A stretch of DNA of 57,923 nt, counting the filler, from Acidimicrobiia bacterium (lineage in GTDB: Bacteria > Actinomycetota > Acidimicrobiia > Spongiisociales > UBA11373): assembly GCA_040878325.1 (NCBI GenBank). It is 3 parts of 3 records of this genome, joined end to end, with 100 filler letters (N's around TTAATTAATTAA, not from the genome) between each part and the next. Parts side by side here need not be neighbours in the genome. Positions count along the whole stretch, not along the records: positions 1 to 21,683 come from JBBDMM010000005.1; positions 21,784 to 51,189 come from JBBDMM010000006.1; 1 more part is not named here. One strand, written 5' to 3'. Position numbers and translations under genes: made by a program. Shown piece after piece: positions 21,544 to 29,938 of the stretch. Under the pieces are notes generated by a model. It was not told where the DNA came from. It did no database searches and saw only the letters and a program-made list of their open reading frames with translations. How positions within the stretch are numbered: position 1 is the first letter of the stretch; each line of letters opens with the position of its first letter.

Positions 21544-21683
21544 GAGTCAAGAATCAAGAATCAAGACGCCCGTTCGCTCGGCCGCCGAAGCGTCTGCGGG
21601 GATTCGCCCTTCGCCCTTCGCCTTTCGCTGACTCTTGACTCTTGACTCTTGACTCTTGACTCTTGACTCTTGACTCTTGACTC
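21544..21683. repeat. Heptamer arrays (TCAAGAA)x3, (TTCGCCC)x3-4 and (TGACTCT)x~8 running into the contig end
   Basis: Read directly; the last array ends at the N-gap. Confidence 0.9.
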
Positions 21684-21783
21684 NNNNNNNNNNNNNNNNN
21701 NNNNNNNNNNNNNNNNNNNNNNNNNNNTTAATTAATTAANNNNNNNNNNNNNNNNNNNNNNNNNNNNNNNNNNNNNNNNNNNN
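21684..21783. other. Artificial contig join (N-run with TTAATTAATTAA linker)
   Basis: 100-nt gap with an all-frame-stop linker at 21728-21739. Confidence 0.97.
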
Positions 21784-22395
21784 ATCAGCCAGGCGGTCGC
21801 CCTTACCGGCACCGGTGACGCCGCCGCCTTCCGCCGCCGGCACGGCCTGAGCGGCCCGATCGTCCTCTTCGTGGGCCGCAAGATCGAATCGAAGGGATAC
21901 CAGGTAATGCTGGCGGCTGCCAGCCGCCTGGCCGAGACGCGCCCGGACGTGACGGTCTGCCTCCTGGGTTCGCGGGCCGGCGAGGGGCGCGGCGCGAGAT
22001 CCGGCAACGTGCTCGACCTCGACGACGTTACCGAGTCGGAGAAGAACGACGCATTCGCAGCGGCGGCGCTCTTCTGCCTCCCGAGCGTTGCCGATGTATA
22101 CCCTTTAACCGTGGTGGAGGCCCGACTCAGCGGCGTTCCCATCGTCGTCGGGCCCTTCCCCGGCGCCGAGGAGGTGGTGCGCCACCAGGTCGACGGCCTC
22201 ATCGTGCCGGCCAACCACGAGGCCGTTGCCGCCGCCGTTGACTCGTTGCTCGCCGATCCAGCGGCTGCCCGCGCCATGGCGGCGGCGGGACTCGCCCGGG
22301 CCAGGGAGGAGCACGCTCCCGAGCGGGTCGGTCGCGAGGTGCTGGCGGCCTACCAGGAGCTAGGCGGCCGGGCGCGCGAGTCAGCCGAGCCATGA
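21784..22395 (+). CDS. GT4-family glycosyltransferase, 5'-truncated by the gap
   Basis: VLFVGRK..KG, FCLPSVADVYPLTVVEARLSGVPIV, EVVRHQVDGL. Confidence 0.82.
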   Translation: MSQAVALTGTGDAAAFRRRHGLSGPIVLFVGRKIESKGYQVMLAAASRLAETRPDVTVCLLGSRAGEGRGARSGNVLDLDDVTESEKNDAFAAAALFCLPSVADVYPLTVVEARLSGVPIVVGPFPGAEEVVRHQVDGLIVPANHEAVAAAVDSLLADPAAARAMAAAGLARAREEHAPERVGREVLAAYQELGGRARESAEP

Positions 22396-23114
22396 GGGCC
22401 ATCATGCTTGCCGGCGGCCGCGCCACCCGGCTCGAATCGCTCTCTCCGACTGTCCCGAAGGCATTGACGCCGATTATCGGGCACCTACTTCTCGACATCC
22501 TGCTCTCCCAGCTGTGTGAGGCCGGATATGACCACGTCACCCTCTGCGTGGGCCATCTCGAGGAAGTGGTGCGTGCCCACGTCGGGGACGGGTCGAGGGC
22601 GGGCGTGGCCGTCGACTACGTAAACGACCACGGGAGGCTCGGCACGGCGGGTCCGCTCCAGCTGGTCGATGCCTGGGAGGAGCCCGCTCTGGTGCTTAAC
22701 GCCGATCTCCTCACCGACCTAGCATTCGGAGAAATGGCAGCCAGGCACGCGGCAAGCGGGGCCGCGATTACCCTGGCCGTGCGCGAGTACGTCACGCACC
22801 TTGACGTTGGCGTCGTCCAATGCGACGGCGACGGGGGGGTCGTCGCAATCGTGGAGAAGCCCGAGTTGCGCCAGCTCCTCACTTTGGGCATTTACATGAT
22901 CGACCCCGAGGTACGCTCCCACCTGCGCCCCGCCCAGCGAACGGACATGCCGGAGCTTGTCAATAGGGTGATCGAGTCTGGTGGCCACGTCCGGACCTTC
23001 GTCCATAGCGGCCGCTGGCATGACATCGGCACGCCCGCCGGCCTCGGCGCCGCGGAGGACACGCTGGGCGCTTGCCCGGCGGCGTTCGGCGTCACGGAGC
23101 GGACCGGGCCATGA
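22392..23114 (+). CDS. Sugar-phosphate nucleotidyltransferase
   Basis: MLAGGRATRL..PKAL, LGTAGPL, LNADL, EKP, WHDIG. Confidence 0.9.
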   Translation: MRAIMLAGGRATRLESLSPTVPKALTPIIGHLLLDILLSQLCEAGYDHVTLCVGHLEEVVRAHVGDGSRAGVAVDYVNDHGRLGTAGPLQLVDAWEEPALVLNADLLTDLAFGEMAARHAASGAAITLAVREYVTHLDVGVVQCDGDGGVVAIVEKPELRQLLTLGIYMIDPEVRSHLRPAQRTDMPELVNRVIESGGHVRTFVHSGRWHDIGTPAGLGAAEDTLGACPAAFGVTERTGP

Positions 23115-24880
23115 GCGACCTAGGCAGCGCAGCGCCCCCCCTGCTGGGTTTCAATTACCACCCGTCGTCTGGCGGTTGCCGCTATTGGACCCGGTTTCGC
23201 GCGGACGAGATCCGAGCCGACTTCGAGGCCATGGGCGCGGAGGGGTGGAACGTCGTTCGGTTCTTCGTCTTCTGGGCCGACTTCGAGCCGGAGGTGGGCC
23301 GCTACAACGAGGAGGCATTCGCCCATCTCGGCCAGATGGCCAGCATGGCGGCATCGGCCGGCCTACGGTGCATCCCTTCCATCCTCACGCTCTGGATGAA
23401 CGGCCAATTGCTCGACCTCCCGTGGCGCGGAGGCCGGGACTTGATCGCCGACCCAGAAGTGCGGACCCGTGCCCGGGAGCTCGCCCGTCGCGTAGCGGCG
23501 ACGCTCGGACCCGTCGGCAACGTAGCCTACTACGACCTCGGTGACGAGCTCCCTAACGTTCTGCCGGCACGGCGCGCTGAGCCGGACGCCGTCCGCGCCT
23601 GGTACGCGGAGATGGCCGACGCGATACGCTCGGCCGATCCAGGAGCTCTTGTCATCCAGGCGAACGAGGCGGCGGTGCTCGACGCGGCGCCGGCCTTCGG
23701 CCCGCCCACGCAGCAGGGCGTGCTCGACGCGGTGGCGCTGCACGGGTTCCCCCTCTGGTCGCGGCTTGGCATCACAGGCGCCGACGTCTACGCCGCCAGC
23801 GTCTACCCAGCATTCCTGGCCGCCGTCGCCTCTGCGTTCGGCCCCGCCCTCGTCGACGAGTTCGGCACATACGGAATGATGGCCGACGCGGCCGCCCGCC
23901 ATGTCGGCGCGGCGGCGGCGAGCGTTCTGGCAAGGGGCGTTCAGGGGCTGGTCTCTTGGTGTTGGAAGGACATCACGTCCGATGAGTGGCCTTACATCCG
24001 ACGGCCGGGGGAACGCGACGCCGGTTTCCGAACCGCTGACGGCGTTGCCAAGCCGGCATACGCAGCCCTGCGGCACGCTATCCAGTCAGCTGCTGCGCCG
24101 AGCTTCCACGCCGCCTCTCCGCAGGTCGGGATCGCCCTCGGGGCCGATGGCCGGTTGGCGAGCGCTCCCGCGTCGCTCTTCGGCTGCTATCTCGCTCTCC
24201 TCGCCTCGCATCACCGGCCGGCCTTTTTCACCGGCCTGGCGCACCTCGACCCTGAGCGATTCCCCTTCGTCGCGTGGCCCGGAGTTCGGTCGTTGCATCT
24301 GGATGAGTTGGAGGCTCTAGAGGCATATGCCGCGGCTGGCGGCGTGGCGCTTGTCTCTTCCCGCGCTCCCGCGCCCGGCACGGGGGGCGAGGGCCTTTTC
24401 GGGCTCGACGTGGACGGCTTCGGTACCGATCCAGATGCCCGGCCCATCATCGAGCTTCCGGGTGGAACGGTGCACCTCGGCCCCGTTCCCGAGGACGCCC
24501 TGCCCTATCCGATTGTTCGGGTCGACACCGCCGAGGTGCTTGGCCGGTTTGAGGCAGGTGATCCCGCGGTCACGGTGAAACGCCACGGCGACGGCTGCCT
24601 CTACTTCGTGAACGCGCCGTGCGAGGCGACGGCACCGGTGGGCGCCATCGGGGCGCCAGCGCCCGCCGAGCTGTACCGGCAGCTGCTGGCGTACGCAGGT
24701 TTCGACTCCGGGATTCGGGCGCCTGCTGGGGTGGAGGTGATCGTCGGGTGCGACGGCTCAGCCGTCGCCATCAACCACTTTCCGAAGCCGGTGGCCGGCG
24801 AGCTGAGCTTCTTGAGCACCTCCCTTCACGTATCCTTGGAGGCGAAGGAGGTCGCCCGGGTCGGAGGTGCTGTACCGTGA
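23111..24880 (+). CDS. Clan GH-A glycoside hydrolase (GH5/GH42-like) with a C-terminal trimerisation-like domain
   Basis: GFNY, NVVRFFVFWADFEP, DLGDEL (putative acid/base), LVDEFG (putative nucleophile); ATG 23111 overlaps the upstream stop. Confidence 0.75.
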   Translation: MSDLGSAAPPLLGFNYHPSSGGCRYWTRFRADEIRADFEAMGAEGWNVVRFFVFWADFEPEVGRYNEEAFAHLGQMASMAASAGLRCIPSILTLWMNGQLLDLPWRGGRDLIADPEVRTRARELARRVAATLGPVGNVAYYDLGDELPNVLPARRAEPDAVRAWYAEMADAIRSADPGALVIQANEAAVLDAAPAFGPPTQQGVLDAVALHGFPLWSRLGITGADVYAASVYPAFLAAVASAFGPALVDEFGTYGMMADAAARHVGAAAASVLARGVQGLVSWCWKDITSDEWPYIRRPGERDAGFRTADGVAKPAYAALRHAIQSAAAPSFHAASPQVGIALGADGRLASAPASLFGCYLALLASHHRPAFFTGLAHLDPERFPFVAWPGVRSLHLDELEALEAYAAAGGVALVSSRAPAPGTGGEGLFGLDVDGFGTDPDARPIIELPGGTVHLGPVPEDALPYPIVRVDTAEVLGRFEAGDPAVTVKRHGDGCLYFVNAPCEATAPVGAIGAPAPAELYRQLLAYAGFDSGIRAPAGVEVIVGCDGSAVAINHFPKPVAGELSFLSTSLHVSLEAKEVARVGGAVP

Positions 24881-25569
24881 CGGCAACGCAGCGCTCGCGG
24901 GTGGCCGAGGTGTGCAGGATGCGCGCTCTGGAGGCCGCTGGGTCCTCCGTCAGAGTGTGGTATCTGCCCGGAGCAGCGCAGCCCGCCTCCCTCCAGAAGG
25001 GTGCCGACCTTCGCCATGCCGCGATCGCAGCGGTCCTGGCGTCCGCTCTGGACCCTAACTCGGACGACACGGTGATCGACCATAGGTGCGCGTCGTGCGG
25101 AGGCTCCGACCACGGCCAACCCACCCTCCGAGGGCGCGGGGAGCTGGCGGTAAGCATCGCACGGGGAGGCGGCGACTTGGTCGTCGCCCTGGCCGAATCA
25201 CCCGTGGGCATCGACATGGAGCCGCCGAACTCAGCGGATGCCGTCCTCGAGGTGGCACCGCGGATCATGACCGATGTGGAGTGGCGGTCGCTCGAGGTTC
25301 TTCCCGCGGCGGACAGGGCACGCCGGGCGCTGGTGCTGTGGACGGCCAAGGAAGCGGCGCTTAAGGCGGCAGGCACCGGGCTGCCGGGAGGGCTGGCCAA
25401 CGTCGAGTGCGAAGTGGTCGAAGGACGGCTGGTGGCAGTTCGGTTGCTCGGGCCGCTGCGCCATCTCCAGCGAGAGCAGTGGCGGGCCCGCACTACCACG
25501 GGCTGCCGCGGGGTCGTGACCACGGTTGTGCTCGGCCAGGGGCCGCCACGCCGGGGAGATTGGCGATGA
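24877..25569 (+). CDS. Sfp-type 4'-phosphopantetheinyl transferase
   Basis: CASCGGSDHGQP, PVGIDME, WTAKEAALKAAGTGL; GTGA overlap with the upstream gene. Confidence 0.9.
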   Translation: MTATQRSRVAEVCRMRALEAAGSSVRVWYLPGAAQPASLQKGADLRHAAIAAVLASALDPNSDDTVIDHRCASCGGSDHGQPTLRGRGELAVSIARGGGDLVVALAESPVGIDMEPPNSADAVLEVAPRIMTDVEWRSLEVLPAADRARRALVLWTAKEAALKAAGTGLPGGLANVECEVVEGRLVAVRLLGPLRHLQREQWRARTTTGCRGVVTTVVLGQGPPRRGDWR

Positions 25570-26600
25570 GGGCGGTCCGGCTAATGGCGCCCGGCCACGT
25601 CGTTGTCGACCGCGATGCTCCGGAACCGGAGCTGCGCGACGCCGGCGACTGCATCATCGAGGTCGATGTCGCCGGCATATGTGGCACGGATCTTCACCCG
25701 TACCGCGGGCACATCGCCAACTTCACGCCCCGCACGATCATGGGTCACGAATTCGTCGGCCGGATCGTCGCCGCCGGGAGCGGCGTGGAGCGGCGGCGGC
25801 TCGGTGAGCTGGTCGTGGTGTCCGACCTGGTCGCTTGTGGCGCCTGCGCGTACTGTGCGGCCGACCAGCATTACCAGTGCCGCGAGGTGCAACTGTTCGG
25901 CTACGGCGACGTGGTCGGCGCCTACCTCCCGGGTGGTCAGGCGGAGCGGGTGCGGGTGCCCCGCGCCGACCTTGCCACGTTCCCCGTGCCCGAAGGCCTC
26001 TCGCCCCGGTCAGCCGTGTTCGCCGCCGATGTCCTCACGACCGCGTTCGCCGCGGTCGAATTTGCCGCGGGCGAGCGGAGCGGCAGCCTGGCGGTCGTTG
26101 GGTGCGGCCCCGTTGGCCTAGCCGTCGTGCTGTGTGGCCTGTGGAAGGGGTTCGAACGAATCGTGGCGATCGACACTGACGCGTCCCGTCGGGTTGCGGC
26201 ATCCCGTCTTGGCGCCACGGGGGTGGCCGCCGATGCCGACGAGGCCGCCGAGCTGCTGCCGACCCGCGGCGCCCACGCCGTCGTGGAGGCCGTGGGCGCG
26301 AGCCAGGCCCTGGCCACGGCTGTGGAGATCGCCGGGCCTCGAGCCTGGATCTCCAGCGTGGGCGCGCCGCACGGAACCGGGGCTTCGCTGCCCGCTGAGA
26401 CCGCCTTCGGACGGGAGCTGACCCTCCGGTTTATCGTCGGCAATCCCCTCGCCCTTGCTCCCCGCGTCCTCAGCCTGATGGCCAGCGGTGAGCTCGACCC
26501 CGCTCCGATCGTGAGCCACGTCTTGGCCCTCGACGACGCCCCTGCCGGCTACGCCGCGTTCGACCGACGGGGCGCTGTCAAGGTCTTGCTCGAGCCATGA
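25566..26600 (+). CDS. Zn-dependent alcohol dehydrogenase (MDR family)
   Basis: GICGTDLH, GHEFVG, CGACAYC..C structural Zn site, GGQAE, GCGPVG. Confidence 0.92.
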   Translation: MRAVRLMAPGHVVVDRDAPEPELRDAGDCIIEVDVAGICGTDLHPYRGHIANFTPRTIMGHEFVGRIVAAGSGVERRRLGELVVVSDLVACGACAYCAADQHYQCREVQLFGYGDVVGAYLPGGQAERVRVPRADLATFPVPEGLSPRSAVFAADVLTTAFAAVEFAAGERSGSLAVVGCGPVGLAVVLCGLWKGFERIVAIDTDASRRVAASRLGATGVAADADEAAELLPTRGAHAVVEAVGASQALATAVEIAGPRAWISSVGAPHGTGASLPAETAFGRELTLRFIVGNPLALAPRVLSLMASGELDPAPIVSHVLALDDAPAGYAAFDRRGAVKVLLEP

Positions 26601-29600
26601 CCGCCCTCGCCTCGGCAGAAGTCGCCTCGCTGATGGCCGAAGTGCTCAAGCTGAAAGACTTCGCCGTCGAGGATGACTTCCTCACCTCCGGCGGCGACTC
26701 ATTGCGAGTCGTCCAGCTCGCAGTACGGATTGCGGAGCGGCTCGGCGACCCGATCGACGCGCGGGGCTTCGCCGCCCTTGTCACCGGCATCTTCGACCGA
26801 CGCACTGCAGCGAGCATCGCACCGCTCACCGGCGAACTGACCGCCGCGCCGGTGGCCGCCGCGCCCCAGCCGTCCGAGCCGGCAACCCTCTCGGCCCAAC
26901 AGCACCAGATTTGGATCCACCGGCGCGCCAACCCGGACTCCGCCGCATACAACGTAGTCAACGTTTTCGACTTGGTTGGTCCGGTGGACTCCGGATCCCT
27001 TGAGACTGCCCTTCGGTCCGTTGCGGGGCGCCACCCGGCGCTGTTGACGGCGCTGGACACGCATGCCGGCCTGCCGGCGACGTCGCGTCACGACCCGGAG
27101 GGTATCTCCGTGGTCGTAGCGCCGCGGGCATCGGGCGAGGCTGCCGCGTTCGCCACAGTCGACACGATCGCCGCGACCCCGTTCTCCTTCGGGGAGCTGC
27201 CGATACGCTGCCACCTCGTGCCCTACGGATCGGGTGAGGCCCACCTGCTGATGTTTGTCATCGACCATGCGAGTTGCGACGGGTGGTCGATGCCGATCTT
27301 CTACCGCGAGCTCAGCGTCCTTTATGGCGGCGCCCGGCTTCCCGATCCTCCGCCGACCCCTGCCGCCGTCAGGCATGCCGGCGACGCCGCCGAATGGGCA
27401 GACCGGCTGCGACCCATCCCCCCGCCTCTGGATCTCGACCCGACTGTCAGCCGAGGGGTTCGCGACTTCGCGGGCGCCGTCCACTACACGATGCTGGCAC
27501 CGGATCTGGTCGACCAGCTGCGAGCGTGGCTAGCCGCGCGGTCGGCCACCCTCTTCATGGGGCTCATGACATGCTTCCAGCTCGCGCTCAGTGACCTCAC
27601 CGGTCGGTCCCGGTTCCTGCTCGGCGTGCCCGTAGCCAATCGCGGTGGCCAGCACTCCGAACGCGCCGTCGCTTACCTCGCCAACACGATGGTGCTGCAG
27701 GCCGTTGTCGAGGACAGCTCCAATTACGCGGGACTGCTGGGCACGGTCCGCGCCAACGTTATCGACGGCCTGGTCCACCAGTCCGCGCCCTTCATGGACC
27801 TAGTCGAGGAGCTACGCCCGCCGCGCGACCCGACCCGAACCCCGCTGATCGACGTATTGTTTGTCATGCAGAACTCGGCTCCCGTGGCCTTGGAACTTGC
27901 CGGATGCTCGGTTACGCAGCGGCGCTTCGACAACGGCACGGCCAAGTTCGACCTGACCCTTGAGGCTCATGAGACCGGGGGCGGCGTCGGTCTCCGCTGG
28001 GAGCGCGCCGCGGCGCTGTCACCAGCGATCGTAGATAGCGTCATCGCTCGCTTCGAGCGGCACGCCACGGCGATGGCGGCCGACCTACCTCGGCTGCGCC
28101 CGCCAAAACAACCGCCGCGCCCCGGGCCCCCGCAAGACCGTTCCATCGGAGCCGCCTTCGCCCGGGTCGCTAGCGAAAGGGCGGATCAGGCGGCGCTCGT
28201 GACCGACAACGGGACCACGACGTTCGCCGAGTTGCACCTTCAAGCGGCGGCCGTGGCGGAGAAGCTCCTGCAACAAGGGCTCGGACCCGGCAGCCGGATC
28301 GGGGTTCTCCACGAGCGAACCCCTGAATGGGTCGCCGCTGCGATCGGCACCTGGTTGGCCGGCGGCATCTACGTTCCGCTCGATCCTGCGCTGCCCGACG
28401 GCGCGCTGAAGCGGATGATTTCGGCCGGAGGGGTCGCCCATGTGGTCGCATCAGCGGCCGCCGCCGAGCGGGCGGCGGGACTCGGCCCACCCGTGAGCCT
28501 GACAGGCGAGATCCAGGCGCTTCCCCCCGGATCCAAGCTGATGCCACCGCTGGAAGCCGGTCCGGCCGGTCCCGCATATGTCGTGTTCACCTCCGGCTCC
28601 ACAGGGGCTGCGCGAGGCGTGATCGGTCACCATGCCGGCCTGCTCAACCGCATTGCCTGGATGCACAACGGATGGCCGGTCGCAGAAGGCGAGCTTGGAT
28701 GTCTGAGAACTGGGATCGGTTTCATTGATTCGCTCACCGAGCTGCTCGGCCCCATGCTCGCCGGCCGGCCCAGCCTGGTCGTCCCCGATTCGGCGGGTCG
28801 GGCCGCTACGGAGCTGCTTGAGCTGCTTCGCCGCCACAAAGTGTCCCGGCTCGTGATCACCCCAAGCTATCTGCGACTTCTGCTAGTCGAGTTCCCCGAG
28901 CGGTTTGCCGCCCTGACCGGGCTAAGCATCTGCGTGGTCAGCGGGGAGCGGCTGACCGCCGACGTGTGCATCCGCTTCTACCGGCTCCAGCCGGGCGCGG
29001 TGCTGCTCAACCTGTATGGGACCTCCGAAGTTGCCGGCGACGTGACTTGGTATGACACCCGCGCCCTCGCACCGCTTGCCGATCCCGTCCCAATCGGGAG
29101 GCCGTTACCCGGCTGCACGGTGAGCATTGAAGACGAGCAGGGCCAGCCCGTTCCGGGCGGGAGTGAAGGTGAGCTAGTCGTCAGCGGCGTCCAGGTGGCA
29201 CTCGGCTACACAGGTGCCCCGTCGCCGGGCCGGGCGAGCTTCGCTGAGCGCGCCGGTGTGCGTCGGTTCCGAACAGGCGATCTCGGGCGACAGCGTCCCG
29301 ACGGGGCCATCGAGTACGTAGGGCGGATCGACCGAGTCGTCAAGGTGCGTGGCATCGCGGTCGACCCCGACGGTGTCGAGGCGATGCTGCAGGAGCTGCC
29401 CGGCGTAACCGGAGCGGCGGTCATCCCCTGCCATGGATCCGACGGCTCTTGGCTGCACGCCTGGATCGAGCCGGAGGCGGACGTCGACGCGATCCGAGCT
29501 GGCCTGCTTCGCGATGCCCCAGCACACATGGTCCCAGCTGTGATCTCAGCGGTGCCGGTTCTGCCGCGGACTCCCTCGGGCAAGCTCGACTACGTAAGGC

Positions 29601-29938
29601 TGGGCGGTCCGGCGCACCAGGCGCCGGCGGCACCGGCCGCCAAGCTGGGGCCTCTTGAGGAAGCGGCCCGGGACGTGATCTGTGAGGTGCTGGGAGTCGC
29701 GACCGTAGGGATAACCGACAACTTCTTCAGCTCCGGCGGCGACTCGTTGCGGGCCAACAGGGTGCTCGCCCGCATAAGCGACCGCTTCAAGCTCGGCGAT
29801 CTTGACTTTGCGAGCTTCTATCGAGAGCCCACGGTCACGGGCCTGGCAACACTTGTCGCTGCCGAACTCATGCGGGGGACCGATCCCGAAGTGTCGGCAG
29901 TAGTGCGCGCTCGGTTGCGGGCGAGAGGGTCTCCGTGA
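26597..29938 (+). CDS. Non-ribosomal peptide synthetase, T-C-A-T
   Basis: Two GGDSL PCP motifs; C domain DHASCDG; A domain FTSGSTG, NLYGTSE, RTGDLG, PSGKLD. Confidence 0.93.
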   Translation: MTALASAEVASLMAEVLKLKDFAVEDDFLTSGGDSLRVVQLAVRIAERLGDPIDARGFAALVTGIFDRRTAASIAPLTGELTAAPVAAAPQPSEPATLSAQQHQIWIHRRANPDSAAYNVVNVFDLVGPVDSGSLETALRSVAGRHPALLTALDTHAGLPATSRHDPEGISVVVAPRASGEAAAFATVDTIAATPFSFGELPIRCHLVPYGSGEAHLLMFVIDHASCDGWSMPIFYRELSVLYGGARLPDPPPTPAAVRHAGDAAEWADRLRPIPPPLDLDPTVSRGVRDFAGAVHYTMLAPDLVDQLRAWLAARSATLFMGLMTCFQLALSDLTGRSRFLLGVPVANRGGQHSERAVAYLANTMVLQAVVEDSSNYAGLLGTVRANVIDGLVHQSAPFMDLVEELRPPRDPTRTPLIDVLFVMQNSAPVALELAGCSVTQRRFDNGTAKFDLTLEAHETGGGVGLRWERAAALSPAIVDSVIARFERHATAMAADLPRLRPPKQPPRPGPPQDRSIGAAFARVASERADQAALVTDNGTTTFAELHLQAAAVAEKLLQQGLGPGSRIGVLHERTPEWVAAAIGTWLAGGIYVPLDPALPDGALKRMISAGGVAHVVASAAAAERAAGLGPPVSLTGEIQALPPGSKLMPPLEAGPAGPAYVVFTSGSTGAARGVIGHHAGLLNRIAWMHNGWPVAEGELGCLRTGIGFIDSLTELLGPMLAGRPSLVVPDSAGRAATELLELLRRHKVSRLVITPSYLRLLLVEFPERFAALTGLSICVVSGERLTADVCIRFYRLQPGAVLLNLYGTSEVAGDVTWYDTRALAPLADPVPIGRPLPGCTVSIEDEQGQPVPGGSEGELVVSGVQVALGYTGAPSPGRASFAERAGVRRFRTGDLGRQRPDGAIEYVGRIDRVVKVRGIAVDPDGVEAMLQELPGVTGAAVIPCHGSDGSWLHAWIEPEADVDAIRAGLLRDAPAHMVPAVISAVPVLPRTPSGKLDYVRLGGPAHQAPAAPAAKLGPLEEAARDVICEVLGVATVGITDNFFSSGGDSLRANRVLARISDRFKLGDLDFASFYREPTVTGLATLVAAELMRGTDPEVSAVVRARLRARGSP

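Noticed and set aside
21684..21783. TTAATTAATTAA motif as a biological AT-rich site; linkage between contigs
   Set aside because: An identical linker sits inside both 100-nt N-gaps, so it is a concatenation artefact and adjacency across gaps is meaningless
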